Under the pieces are notes generated by a model. That model saw only the letters and a program-made list of their open reading frames with translations, had not been told where the DNA came from and did not search any database. Source: Phycisphaerales bacterium (GTDB lineage Bacteria > Planctomycetota > Phycisphaerae > Phycisphaerales > SM1A02). From it: a DNA stretch of 64,000 nt. The position numbers and the translations under genes were made by a program. The stretch covers positions 1,430 to 65,429 of the forward strand of contig SIAR01000010.1 in NCBI GenBank assembly GCA_009691705.1, read 5' to 3'. Shown one piece after another: positions 17,457-27,326 of this stretch; the stretch's first letter is position 1; each line of letters starts with the position of its first letter.

Positions 17457-20212
17457 GCACGCTCCTTGGCGACATCGCAACTGTTGCCAGACGCGAGTGT
17501 GCAGCACTCTTCTACACGCCGACTATCTGGGGGGCGCTTGCGATATTCGCCTTTGCCACCGGAGTGATCAGTGGAATCGCAGTCATCGTCCCTGGCGCCC
17601 CAGCAGAGTTGCGCACTGTCGCCGCCGCGGCGGGATGGGCAATGCTCTTGACCGCGCCAGCGTTGTCACTGCGTCCCACAACCGAAGAGCGGCGCAGCGG
17701 GTTTTGGGAAATACTCGCAACGAGTCCCGCGTCGGTCGCATCGCTGGTGATGGGTCGCTACCTGGCTGGAATGATCGCGTTGGTGGTGCTTGCGCTCGTG
17801 GGGTTGGGCGGTCCATTTGCAGTTCTTGAAGCGCTCGCGCGACCAGATGTCGCAGCAGCGCTCTGTGCCGCGACGGGCGTACTGCTGGCGGGATCGATGT
17901 ATCTCGCATCGGGAATCTTCTTTGGTTCGCTGGTTACTAGCGCAGCGGTCGCATACATGGCGACCTTTTTCTCATGGCTGATCGTGCTGATCGCAATTCG
18001 TTCGATCGCCCCACTGCTGGCAAGTTCGCAGGCAGATTTGCTCTTCGCGGCCGATCCGATTCGCCGACTCGAAGGATTCTTGGATGGCTCGCTCGACAGT
18101 TCAAATGTTGTCTACTTCGTGAGCGTCACAGGTGCGTTCCTCATCGCAACTACTGCGGTGCAGGCGAGCGAAGCCGAACGGGTGAGCAGCCGAGGAGCGG
18201 TGGGTGTTCGCTTGCGCGTGGCACTCGGCGTGGTTGGCGCATTCGCGCTGGCCAGTGCAGTCGCCGCGATTGCCCACGCCCCAATCGCCCGCAACGCAAT
18301 TGATGCAACCAAGTCGCGGCAGTGGGTGTTGAGCGCGCAGACCTCGCACATCATCGAGCAGTTACCAACGGGATGGCAGATGACATGGATCGCCCCCGCT
18401 GGGAGCCTCGACAGCGCGATCACTGCCCAGGTTGATGAAGTCGTACAGGCGCTTGCGGCATCGCGCGAGGGGTTCTTGACCACGATCGATCCAACAAGTT
18501 CGGGTGGCGTTGCGCACTACGCAACTTGGCTCGCGCGGCTTGTCGAGCAGCGCCGTGGCGATCCCGCATTGATTCGTGAGAGTCTTGCGGACGCACTGGC
18601 TGAACTCGCGCAGCTAAGCACATTTGCCACGAGTGCGTCGCAGGCTCTCGCGGTCGTCGCAGCGCAGTTGCCCACCGAATCTTCCGACCGCGCTCCAATT
18701 GAGCAGGCGCTCGGGGCGGTACGCGCGCTCGCAACCGGAGCACCGCTGCTGGCGGATTCGATTGCGGCATTGCGCACCGAACGATCGGATCGCGCGCTGC
18801 CTTGCGACGGCGAGGCGGCCACGATTCTCGCCCAGAATCACCGAGACTGGGCGCTGCAGTTTGGAAGCCTGTCGAGTTGGCTGGCGAGTCGCGCGCTCGA
18901 TGAACGCGCCCCCGAGGCTCTGCGCGACCTCGCCCGAAAAGTGCGACCCGAACTTAGTGCGCGGGCTCGTGCCCTTCTGCGAAGCGCCGATGCGCTCGAT
19001 GCGTTGCCCGTCGATGTGCTCTCGCAACTCTCGAAGGCCCTCGCGCAGGGAGGGGCAATCGTCGTCGAGTCTCCAGCAGGAATTGCCGTGATTTCAGATC
19101 AAGAGATCACCGTTGGAAGTGCAGACGAAGATCAAACGGTGCGCTTCGACCGACGATTCCGAGTCGAACAACTCGCGAGTGCGGCGATCCGCAGCATCAT
19201 GGACTCCAAGACTCCGCAAGTGATTCTGGTGCATGCTCAAGAAGGTTCGCTGCTCGATGCAACAGCAGATGGCAGCGATTGTGCAGCGCTCTGCGATGCA
19301 CTGCGCGCGGCGCGAATTGAGGTGCGAGAGTGGCGAGTGACAGCCGATCCCAAGCCCATTGCGTCCAATGATGCGGTGTGGATGATCGTGCCGCTGCGCG
19401 CGATCTCAATTGAGGCAGACGCGCGTGAGCGTGCCCTGCTCGAGGCCGTTGGCGGTCTCGTAAAGAGTGAGCGTGCGATCTTTCTTTCGCTTGGCCCAAG
19501 TGTTCGTCCGCTCGCGGGTAGGAGTGATCCTTGGGCAGAGATTGCGCTGACACTTGGCGCACGCGCCACAACTGATGCCGTCATTGTTGAAGATGTGCCA
19601 GTGGCCGAAGGCCGAACCGAACGCCGAACACGCATCGAACTCGTCGCCAGCACTGGCGCACATTTGCTAGCGAACGCGCTCGTCGGTCAGCGGGTCGGAT
19701 TTGGGGTGGCGGTTCCTGTGGCACTCATCGCCGAGCCGTCGGCAATGGTTACGGGCGAGAGTGTGCTCGTTGCCCAGCCGCATGCGGGAAGGTCGATCGA
19801 ACGCGATTGGCGCCGGCGAACTCCTGATCCGAAGTCTGCACTGACGATGACATCTGATGTGAGCGTCGCCGTCGCCGCAACTCGCCGTTCACTCGATTCT
19901 GAAACGGTGCGGGCAATCGTGGTGGGATCGCCCAGTTGGATGTTGAGTGCGACCGTCGACGCGCTGCGACCAGGGAGCGGTCGCGAGGTCTTGTTGAATC
20001 CAGGCAATCGAGAATTCGCGGTGAATTCTGCCCTCTGGCTGGCTGGTCTCGATCATCGCATCGGTGACCTCGGGAGTGGGCGCGAAACGCCGCGCATCGC
20101 GAATATCTCAGTGGCGCAGCGGTTGCAGATCACCGCAGGGCTGGCGCTTGGAGTGCCGATGATTTCGCTGCTGATGGCGCTGCTCATTTTACTGTGGAGA
20201 GGGCGCGCATGA
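17453..20212 (+). CDS. fused ABC-2 permease (GldF-like) / GldG-like auxiliary component
   Basis: The first 250 aa or so carry multiple TM helices with the ABC-2/GldF pattern (RRECAALFYTPTIWGA, TTEERRSGFWEILATSP). A large extracytoplasmic region follows, starting IDATKSRQWVLSAQTSHIIEQL (GldG-like: D.T....ytLs..T). The protein ends in a single C-terminal TM helix, as GldG proteins do. Confidence 0.7.
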   Translation: MSTLLGDIATVARRECAALFYTPTIWGALAIFAFATGVISGIAVIVPGAPAELRTVAAAAGWAMLLTAPALSLRPTTEERRSGFWEILATSPASVASLVMGRYLAGMIALVVLALVGLGGPFAVLEALARPDVAAALCAATGVLLAGSMYLASGIFFGSLVTSAAVAYMATFFSWLIVLIAIRSIAPLLASSQADLLFAADPIRRLEGFLDGSLDSSNVVYFVSVTGAFLIATTAVQASEAERVSSRGAVGVRLRVALGVVGAFALASAVAAIAHAPIARNAIDATKSRQWVLSAQTSHIIEQLPTGWQMTWIAPAGSLDSAITAQVDEVVQALAASREGFLTTIDPTSSGGVAHYATWLARLVEQRRGDPALIRESLADALAELAQLSTFATSASQALAVVAAQLPTESSDRAPIEQALGAVRALATGAPLLADSIAALRTERSDRALPCDGEAATILAQNHRDWALQFGSLSSWLASRALDERAPEALRDLARKVRPELSARARALLRSADALDALPVDVLSQLSKALAQGGAIVVESPAGIAVISDQEITVGSADEDQTVRFDRRFRVEQLASAAIRSIMDSKTPQVILVHAQEGSLLDATADGSDCAALCDALRAARIEVREWRVTADPKPIASNDAVWMIVPLRAISIEADARERALLEAVGGLVKSERAIFLSLGPSVRPLAGRSDPWAEIALTLGARATTDAVIVEDVPVAEGRTERRTRIELVASTGAHLLANALVGQRVGFGVAVPVALIAEPSAMVTGESVLVAQPHAGRSIERDWRRRTPDPKSALTMTSDVSVAVAATRRSLDSETVRAIVVGSPSWMLSATVDALRPGSGREVLLNPGNREFAVNSALWLAGLDHRIGDLGSGRETPRIANISVAQRLQITAGLALGVPMISLLMALLILLWRGRA

Positions 20213-21609
20213 ATTGGCGAATGACGCTTGGCATTTGGATGGCAGCACTCGCGCTCTGGTTCGGGGCATGGTCGCTTTGGAACGTCGCAACCGATGCCCG
20301 TGCCAATCGAGTGCTGCAAGGCTTTGCCCCCGTTTTCCCAGCTGGTTCCGTGCCATGGAACGATGTTGATCGCATCGAGATCTCGTCTGGCGATCGACCG
20401 CCACTAACTTTCACCCGCACGGCTGGTCAGTGGTCGCAAACAACACCATTTGTGTTTCGAGTCGATGCCAGTGGACCGCAACAACTCATCGCCCAAGCGA
20501 GCACTTTGATCGCACAGAACGTCGCGATTCAATCGGATGCGAGTTCGTCGGCAACTGGTCTTGACGAAAAGGCCGCGACAATCGCATTTGCTTGGGAGGG
20601 CGGTGAAGCGCGCATTCGCCTTGGTGGCAGACTTCCAGCGGGAAAGGCGTGGATCGACCTTCCGTCAGGTGCGATCGGGGCACGACTCGCTCCTGCGACA
20701 CTTCACGACTTGGTACTTGCCCGCGACCTCGTGAAGTGGCGCCAAACGGCGCTTTTCTCGCGTGCCGACATCGATTGCAATCGAATCGTCTGCGAGAGTC
20801 TCGACCGCCTCGGCAAGGTGCAGCGCCTCGAAGTTGCGCGCGAAGGGGCAGCGTGGATGGTGATCTCGCCGATCAAGACACGGGCCGATCGCGCCGCCGT
20901 TGAGCGCTGGCTCGAGGCGCTTGCGCGCACGCACGCAAGCGGATTCGTGGCTGATTTGCCGCATGATCTGCTGCCCTTTGGTCTCGAAACTCCCGCAGCT
21001 TCACTCGAGATTCATGCCAGTGCGCGCCGCACACTCGCCGACGGCCAAGTCGTCGTCGAACCACTGCTCGAGCGGCTCGAAATAGGCGCCCCCGTTCGTC
21101 GTGGAGCGCAAGAACATTTCGCACGACTCGCAGCCCATCCAGAAGCCATCATGGAGATTGATGGCACGGTCGTCGCCGCAGCAATCCCGCCATCATTGCT
21201 CATGATCGATCCAACCGCAAGTGGACTGCGCCCAAGCGACATTCGCGCCGTTCGCGTTGAGCCGGCTTCGGGAGTGGCAGTGCGCCTGGAACGGGTGGCA
21301 GGAGAGTGGAACGCCGCAACGCCAGCGGGAGTGTGCAGCGCATCGACGGCAAAGGTCGCGGCACTGCTCGCAAGATTGTGTGACAACCGTGCCACTGAAA
21401 TCATGTTGCAGGTGGCGCCGGCCGATCTCGTCATCGGCAAGATCGTTCTCGAATCATTTGATGGACGCGATCTCGCGGTGCTCACGCTCTCGCGCGAGCG
21501 CGATGGGGGACGATTCGGCATTGACGACGGATCTGGAGTCTTGCGCATCTATCCCGCAGCGCTGGACGTGAGATTCGACCTCGATGGTTACACCAGTACC
21601 GCGCCCTAG
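20209..21609 (+). CDS. DUF4340-like protein (single N-terminal TM anchor)
   Basis: ATG 20209 overlaps the upstream stop (ATGA). It has an N-terminal TM helix (LGIWMAALALWFGAWSLW) and then a repetitive beta-rich body. Its position directly after a GldG-like gene is where DUF4340 proteins usually occur. The family call comes from context and general resemblance only. Confidence 0.5.
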   Translation: MNWRMTLGIWMAALALWFGAWSLWNVATDARANRVLQGFAPVFPAGSVPWNDVDRIEISSGDRPPLTFTRTAGQWSQTTPFVFRVDASGPQQLIAQASTLIAQNVAIQSDASSSATGLDEKAATIAFAWEGGEARIRLGGRLPAGKAWIDLPSGAIGARLAPATLHDLVLARDLVKWRQTALFSRADIDCNRIVCESLDRLGKVQRLEVAREGAAWMVISPIKTRADRAAVERWLEALARTHASGFVADLPHDLLPFGLETPAASLEIHASARRTLADGQVVVEPLLERLEIGAPVRRGAQEHFARLAAHPEAIMEIDGTVVAAAIPPSLLMIDPTASGLRPSDIRAVRVEPASGVAVRLERVAGEWNAATPAGVCSASTAKVAALLARLCDNRATEIMLQVAPADLVIGKIVLESFDGRDLAVLTLSRERDGGRFGIDDGSGVLRIYPAALDVRFDLDGYTSTAP

Positions 21610-21654
21610 CGAATGCGCTCTGCTCAGCGAATGCGCTCTGCTCAGCGAATGCGC
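21608..21654. repeat. 18-bp tandem repeat (agcgaatgcgctctgctc, 2.6 copies) at the ribD 3' end
   Basis: Read directly from the sequence. The last copy contains the ribD stop and final codons (..RRIR*); the two other copies lie in the 32-bp convergent spacer. Confidence 0.9.
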
Positions 21655-22841
21655 CGCCAGAGAGTCATCGAATCCTGGCCGCGTCGGCGCGAATCAAGCA
21701 GTTCGAACTTGTGCGCGTCGATCATGAGTCCACAACCGGGACCGGTAGCGACGGGCGATCCCGAGCCATCGGCAATCACGAGCGGCGCGGTGAAACACCA
21801 TGCGTCATCGATGAGATCTTCATGAAAGAGTGCGCCGAGCAATCCCGCCCCTCCCTCGACGAGCACCGTCGAAACTCCGCGCGCAAAGAGCATGCCCATG
21901 GCCGCGCGCAGTGCGCCGGTGGGGAGTCCACGAAACGAACGGTGCGCATCGCTGGCCGCTGGATCGTGCAGTGGTTCGAGTGTGATGCCAGCAGCCGTAA
22001 ACGCCTTGCGTCGATCGGTGTGAAGTCGCTCGATGGCAGTGGGGAGGGCCAGAATCATGACCGCCCCTTCGCCGCTTGTTTGAATGACCCGCGCATCGGT
22101 GGGAGTTGCAAGTCGCGGATCAACGATGACGCGCAGCGGAATGCGCCGCGCGACACCAGCGTGATTCGCGCGCGGCAGCAGATGCGCATCATCTGCGAGC
22201 AGCGTTCCGATGCCGACCATGACGGCATCGACGCGGGCGCGCTCGCGGTGCACCATCGCGCGACTCACTTCACCACTGATCCAGCGACTATCTCCCGCCC
22301 GGGTCGCCGTTCGTCCGTCGATTGTTTGCGCCCACTTTGCCACGATCCACGGGCGCTGCGCGGTCATGCGAGTCACGAATGGATCACTCACCCGCACGCA
22401 TCCTTTGTGATCGATGCGCTGCACTGAAACGCCAGCAGCTCGCAGCACCGCCGCTCCTCCCGCGGCGAGCCGATGCCCATCAGAAACGGCGTAGACGACG
22501 CGGGAGATGCCAGCATTGACTAGCGCCTGTGCGCACGGGTGGGTTCGTCCATGATGTGCGCAGGGTTCGAGTGAGACGTACGCAGTCGCCCCGTTTGCGC
22601 GCGAACCTGCGCGCGCCAGCGCTGCTGCTTCAGCGTGCGGTCCACCACAGCGGTGGTGAAAACCCCAACCTACGAGAACTCCCGCGCCATCAACGAGTGC
22701 ACAACCCACCAATGGATTGGGCTCGGCTCCACCATGCCCGCGCAGGGCGAGCCGCGCCGCAAGATCAAGCCACCGCCGATCTTGAGCCGCTTGAGCCGCT
22801 GGCATCTCTTGCGAAGACGAAATGCCTCGCGAAGTGCTCAT
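21642..22841 (-). CDS. ribD: bifunctional diaminohydroxyphosphoribosylaminopyrimidine deaminase / 5-amino-6-(5-phosphoribosylamino)uracil reductase
   Basis: The CMP/dCMP deaminase zinc motifs HAEAAAL and EPCAHHGRTHPC are present, followed by a RibD C-terminal reductase domain (KWAQTIDGRTA, VLVEGGAGL). Confidence 0.93.
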   Translation of the reverse strand: MSTSRGISSSQEMPAAQAAQDRRWLDLAARLALRGHGGAEPNPLVGCALVDGAGVLVGWGFHHRCGGPHAEAAALARAGSRANGATAYVSLEPCAHHGRTHPCAQALVNAGISRVVYAVSDGHRLAAGGAAVLRAAGVSVQRIDHKGCVRVSDPFVTRMTAQRPWIVAKWAQTIDGRTATRAGDSRWISGEVSRAMVHRERARVDAVMVGIGTLLADDAHLLPRANHAGVARRIPLRVIVDPRLATPTDARVIQTSGEGAVMILALPTAIERLHTDRRKAFTAAGITLEPLHDPAASDAHRSFRGLPTGALRAAMGMLFARGVSTVLVEGGAGLLGALFHEDLIDDAWCFTAPLVIADGSGSPVATGPGCGLMIDAHKFELLDSRRRGQDSMTLWRRIR

Positions 22842-22863
22842 GCGGTTGTGTCGATCTGTGCAC

Positions 22864-24978
22864 TCACTGTTTGGCGAGAACTTCGTCCTTCAAACGCTCA
22901 GGCATGATGCGATAGGTCAGCGGTTCCATCGAACTCGAAGCGCGTCCCTGGCTCATCGAGCGCAGGCTGGTTGTGTATCCGAAGAGTTCCGAGAGGGGAA
23001 CTTCTGCTGTGACCAATCGCAAGACTCCGCGAACTTCGCTGTCGGTGATCTGACCACGACGGCTGGCGATGTCTCCCGAAACACTCCCGAAGAATTCGTC
23101 TGGGGTTGTGACGACGAGTTTCATGATCGGCTCGAGAAGCGCCAAGCCTGCTTCGGTGCAAGCCTCGCGGAAGGCGAGCGCACCAGCTTGTTCGAAGGCG
23201 ATCTGGCTCGAATCGACATCGTGGTACGAACCGTAGACCAGTTCGATCTTGACATCGATCACGGGATAGCCGCCAAGAATTCCGCTGGCTGCGGCCTGAC
23301 GCGCTCCGTACTCGATGCTCGGGATGAATTCGCGTGGGATCACGCCACCACTGACCATGTCTTCGAACACGACCCCGTTCTTCATGACCAGTTCTTCGGC
23401 GAGCGCTTGTTCTTTGGTCATTGGGCGCACGTTCACAACGGCATCGCCGTACTGACCGCGTCCACCCGACTGCTTCTTGAAGAGTCCGCGCACCTTCTCG
23501 GCGACGCCTGTGATCGTCTCGCGGTAGGCCACGCGTGGCTTTCCAACGCTCACGCCGATCTTCATGTCGCGCACGAGTTTGTTCTTGATGATTTCAAGAT
23601 GCAACTCACCCATGCCTGAGATAATCGTCTCGCCCGTCTCGTCGTTGTAGTTCGAGCGAAACGATGGATCTTCACGGCGAATGGTGGTGAGCGCTTCGCC
23701 AAGTTTCTTCTTGTCATCAGCCGTCTTTGGCTCGATCGACATCGAAATCACAGGTTCAGGAAAGACCATGCGTTCGAGCACGATTGGATGGTCTGGATCG
23801 CACAACGTGTCGCCAGTGAAGGAATCCTTCAATCCAACGACGGCGACGATCTGTCCCGGACCCGTCTCATCGAGCGCATTGCGATGCTGGGAGTGCATCT
23901 CGTAGAGGCGCGAGACGTTCTCTTTGCGATCGTTGCCTGGATTCAAGACGCGCGATCCCTTGGTCAGCTTTCCTGAATAGATGCGCAGGTAGGTGAGGGT
24001 TCCCGCGACGTCTGAAACAACCTTGAAAACTAGCGCAGAAAACGGCGCAGTTTCGGTGTGGGGGCGCGTCAGTTTGATAGATGGATCGCGCGCGTCTGTT
24101 CCTTCGACGTCTGGGCATTCCGTAGGGCATGGCAGGTAGTCGATGGCAGCGTCGAGCACCGTCTGCACGCCGACATACTTCAGTGCCGATCCGCAGAGCA
24201 CTGGGAAGGCACGCAGCTTAATCGTCGCCTGGCGAAGAGCACTTTTCAGTTCGGCAGTCGTGATCGTGGTTGGATCGGTGAGGTATTTTTCAGTGAGGGC
24301 GTCGTCGAGTTCGGAAACTTTCTCGACCATCTTGTGGCGCCATTCGAGCGCCTTTTCCATCCACTCTTCTGGAATGTCGGTCTCTTTGATCTCTTGCCCG
24401 TTGTCGGCCTGCGACCAGTACATCGCGCGCATTGTCATGAGATCGATGATGCCCTTGAAGTCATTTCCCCATCCCACTGGATACTGAATCGGGATGGCAT
24501 TCGCGCCGAGGCGGGTGATAATCGATCCAAACGAGAAGTCGAAGTCTGCGCCGAGCTTGTCCATCTTGTTGATGAGACACAAGCGCGGAACGCCATACCG
24601 ATCGGCTTGGCGCCAGACTGTTTCACTCTGTGCCTCAACGCCTTCTTTGCCGTCGAAGACAGCGACTGCGCCGTCGAGCACGCGCAGAGATCGCTCGACC
24701 TCGATGGTGAAATCGACGTGGCCTGGCGTGTCGATGAGATTGATCTTGTACTCAACGCCGCCGTGCTCCCACGGGCAGGTTGTCGCGGCGGATTGAATCG
24801 TGATGCCGCGCTCTTGCTCTTCGACGAGCGAGTCCATCGTGGCCGTGCCTTCATGCACTTCACCCATGCGGTGGATCTTGCCTGTGTAGAAGAGAATGCG
24901 CTCGGTGACGGTGGTCTTTCCAGCGTCAATGTGAGCACAGATTCCGATGTTTCGAACGCGGTTGAGATCGTTTGCCAT
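22864..24978 (-). CDS. fusA: elongation factor G
   Basis: [21 protein letters not shown], the domain IV loop GSYHDVDSS and the 704-aa length all match. GGAG lies 11 nt upstream of the ATG. Confidence 0.97.
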   Translation of the reverse strand: MANDLNRVRNIGICAHIDAGKTTVTERILFYTGKIHRMGEVHEGTATMDSLVEEQERGITIQSAATTCPWEHGGVEYKINLIDTPGHVDFTIEVERSLRVLDGAVAVFDGKEGVEAQSETVWRQADRYGVPRLCLINKMDKLGADFDFSFGSIITRLGANAIPIQYPVGWGNDFKGIIDLMTMRAMYWSQADNGQEIKETDIPEEWMEKALEWRHKMVEKVSELDDALTEKYLTDPTTITTAELKSALRQATIKLRAFPVLCGSALKYVGVQTVLDAAIDYLPCPTECPDVEGTDARDPSIKLTRPHTETAPFSALVFKVVSDVAGTLTYLRIYSGKLTKGSRVLNPGNDRKENVSRLYEMHSQHRNALDETGPGQIVAVVGLKDSFTGDTLCDPDHPIVLERMVFPEPVISMSIEPKTADDKKKLGEALTTIRREDPSFRSNYNDETGETIISGMGELHLEIIKNKLVRDMKIGVSVGKPRVAYRETITGVAEKVRGLFKKQSGGRGQYGDAVVNVRPMTKEQALAEELVMKNGVVFEDMVSGGVIPREFIPSIEYGARQAAASGILGGYPVIDVKIELVYGSYHDVDSSQIAFEQAGALAFREACTEAGLALLEPIMKLVVTTPDEFFGSVSGDIASRRGQITDSEVRGVLRLVTAEVPLSELFGYTTSLRSMSQGRASSSMEPLTYRIMPERLKDEVLAKQ

Positions 24979-25156
24979 TGTTCAATTGCTCCAGTAGTAA
25001 AGAGTCCCGAAGTCTAGCAAGGGATCGCCTCGGGTCAATACGTTGGCAATGTGTTCTTGTGGCGGCGCTAGCGCGGCGTGGGTGGCGATTTTGCCCGCAA
25101 ACTGTGGTGGTTCTCACGATTTGTGCAGTGCCTGCGCCGGCCGGATTCAATCGCGA

Positions 25157-26152
25157 TCAGATTGCACGCACCAAGCGCGTCTCGGCGATCCCGTGGGCCT
25201 TGAGCTCGTCGCGCACTTCTGCAAGAAATCGACGCCCATCTTTGACATATCCGGCGGTTGGTTCGAGCGGCTGCACGCGCTGCGCAAACCAGCGATTCAG
25301 ACGAGCCATCCAGAGTTCTCTGGTGTACTTGGCGGTCATCGAGGCGAGTGCGATGGGGAAGTGGTCGTTCTCTCCCTCGACAGTGAACGAGATCACCAAC
25401 GGGGCGCCCGTGCGGTCAATCCGGTAGATGCTCTCGCGCTCATCCTCGTGCAGAATCGCAAGTGAGTCTCGTGGAAACGCGCGCATGAGGTCGGCGAGGT
25501 AGCGCATCCGTCCACTCTGTCTATCTGCTGCGACGCGAATCGCACTCGTAGGAAACTTCGCGCTCAGAGCCTGCACATGTTGCACAAGCAGCGACCACGG
25601 AATACTCGTCTTGACCATCCCGCGCTGGGCAGCGGCATTGATCGACTCTGCGTCGAGTGCCTTGCACGCCAGCGTGTGACTGGTGATGCCATTGCCGCTC
25701 GCCGCAGTGCGAAACATCGACTCTGCAATGCGCAATCGCGCCGCATCGCAGGCCCACGGAATGTCGATCGATCCTCCGTACCACGCGGCATGCAGAGCAG
25801 GATCATCGACTCCCAGATGCGCGAAGAGTTCACTGTCGGAGGTGAGCGAGAGGGTTGGGCACTCGTGCAATCGCAATGACGAGAGCACGCCGCGTTCGAT
25901 TGTGGCCATGGGATGTTCACCACCAGTTCCAGTTCCTTTCAACTTCTTGCTGTCGTTGATGGCGATGCGACCGCGGCGATCGTTGCTGCTTCGACAGACG
26001 GCCTGGTGCAAGAGTTTCCATAGATTGGGTGGAGCAAGTGGATCGCACGCGCCGTCGATGCACCACTGCGACGAGGCGACAACGAGCGGTCCCATCAATG
26101 GGCCGTAGCCAGCTTCATCGATTCCTGCGTAGACCAACATCGCGATGGGCAT
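25157..26152 (-). CDS. ribonuclease HII family protein, divergent and extended
   Basis: [16 protein letters not shown] (RNase HII: G.DEaGRGPl.GP.V), INDSKKL (DSKKLs) and [15 protein letters not shown] (aASI.AKV.RD..M) are all present. At about 330 aa it carries insertions relative to the roughly 200-aa canonical enzyme. The start is uncertain (TTG 26173, ATG 26152 or ATG 26140). Confidence 0.55.
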   Translation of the reverse strand: MPIAMLVYAGIDEAGYGPLMGPLVVASSQWCIDGACDPLAPPNLWKLLHQAVCRSSNDRRGRIAINDSKKLKGTGTGGEHPMATIERGVLSSLRLHECPTLSLTSDSELFAHLGVDDPALHAAWYGGSIDIPWACDAARLRIAESMFRTAASGNGITSHTLACKALDAESINAAAQRGMVKTSIPWSLLVQHVQALSAKFPTSAIRVAADRQSGRMRYLADLMRAFPRDSLAILHEDERESIYRIDRTGAPLVISFTVEGENDHFPIALASMTAKYTRELWMARLNRWFAQRVQPLEPTAGYVKDGRRFLAEVRDELKAHGIAETRLVRAI

Positions 26153-26200
26153 TGTGACCGCGCGAGCGATCAAATGCGAGCGTGGTATCCTGAAAATGCA

Positions 26201-27298
26201 ATGACATTTACTTCTACGCGGCTAGCCACAACATCCTCGCCATCGATCGAAGAACTGCTCGGATCCGAGGCCGATTCGCTGCTGCATCACACGGCAAAGG
26301 TCAGCAAAGACCTGCTGCATTTGCCCGGGCCAGACTTCATCGACCGCACCTGGATTCAGAGCGATCGCAACCCGCAAGTTCTGCGAAATCTTCACGCGAT
26401 GTTCAATCACGGACGCCTCGCGGGAACTGGCTACTGCAGCATTCTTCCGGTCGATCAAGGCATCGAACACTCCGCCGGGGCGAGTTTCGCGAAGAATCCG
26501 ATTTATTTTGACGGCGAGAACATCATCAAGTTGGCAATCGAGGGGGGGTGCAACGCCGTCGCAACAACCTTCGGCGTCTTTGGATCAGTCGCCCGCAAGT
26601 ACGCGCACAAGATTCCGTTTCTCGTCAAGATCAACCACAATGAGTTGCTGACCTTTCCAAATCAAGCCAAGCAGATAATGTTTGGATCGGTCGAAGAGGC
26701 GTGGAACCTCGGTGCCGCCTCGGTCGGTGCGACGATCTACTTCGGATCTGAAGACTCTGATCGACAGATTGTCGAAGTCTCAGAGGCCTTCCAGCATGCG
26801 CACGAACTCGGCATGGCGACCGTGCTCTGGTGCTACCTGCGCAACAATGCATTCAAGAAAGATGGCAAGGACTATCACACTAGCGCAGACCTCACGGGTC
26901 AGGCGAACCATCTCGGAGTGACGATCCAAGCCGACATCATCAAGCAGAAGCAGCCAGAATTGAACGGGGGATACCAAGCGCTCAACATGGGATCATCGAG
27001 CTATGGCAAGTTCGATTCGCGCATCTACACCGATCTCTGCAGTGACCATCCCATTGATATGACGCGCTACCAAGTGCTCAATTGTTTCTGCGGACGGTCG
27101 GGATTGATCAATTCAGGTGGCGCAAGCGGCGCCAACGATCTCGCCGATGCCGTGCGAACTGCGGTGATCAATAAGCGGGCCGGCGGAACGGGATTGATCT
27201 CTGGCCGCAAGTCCTTCCAGCGCCCGATGGCGGAGGGCGTTGCGTTGCTCAACGCGATTCAAGATGTCTATCTGAATCGCGCGATCACGATCGCGTGA
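26201..27298 (+). CDS. fbaB: class I fructose-bisphosphate aldolase (FbaB/DhnA type)
   Basis: Near-colinear similarity to E. coli FbaB as I remember it: [69 protein letters not shown], and the ending ITIA. Confidence 0.92.
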   Translation: MTFTSTRLATTSSPSIEELLGSEADSLLHHTAKVSKDLLHLPGPDFIDRTWIQSDRNPQVLRNLHAMFNHGRLAGTGYCSILPVDQGIEHSAGASFAKNPIYFDGENIIKLAIEGGCNAVATTFGVFGSVARKYAHKIPFLVKINHNELLTFPNQAKQIMFGSVEEAWNLGAASVGATIYFGSEDSDRQIVEVSEAFQHAHELGMATVLWCYLRNNAFKKDGKDYHTSADLTGQANHLGVTIQADIIKQKQPELNGGYQALNMGSSSYGKFDSRIYTDLCSDHPIDMTRYQVLNCFCGRSGLINSGGASGANDLADAVRTAVINKRAGGTGLISGRKSFQRPMAEGVALLNAIQDVYLNRAITIA

Positions 27299-27326
27299 CC
27301 CGGCGTGGGCGCGCGTTCTGTGCGCG

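Noticed and set aside
22842-22863. I looked for an FMN riboswitch upstream of ribD.
   Set aside because: Only 22 bp separate ribD from the fusA stop, which leaves no room for the roughly 140-nt aptamer.
25065-25074. A 10-bp perfect palindrome GCGCTAGCGC in the 178-bp fusA leader region, plus CCGGCCGG near 25139-25146. I considered operator sites or a small RNA.
   Set aside because: Short GC palindromes are expected by chance at this composition. There are no repeated half-sites, no tRNA-like or riboswitch-like structure that I can fold by eye, and no conservation evidence available.
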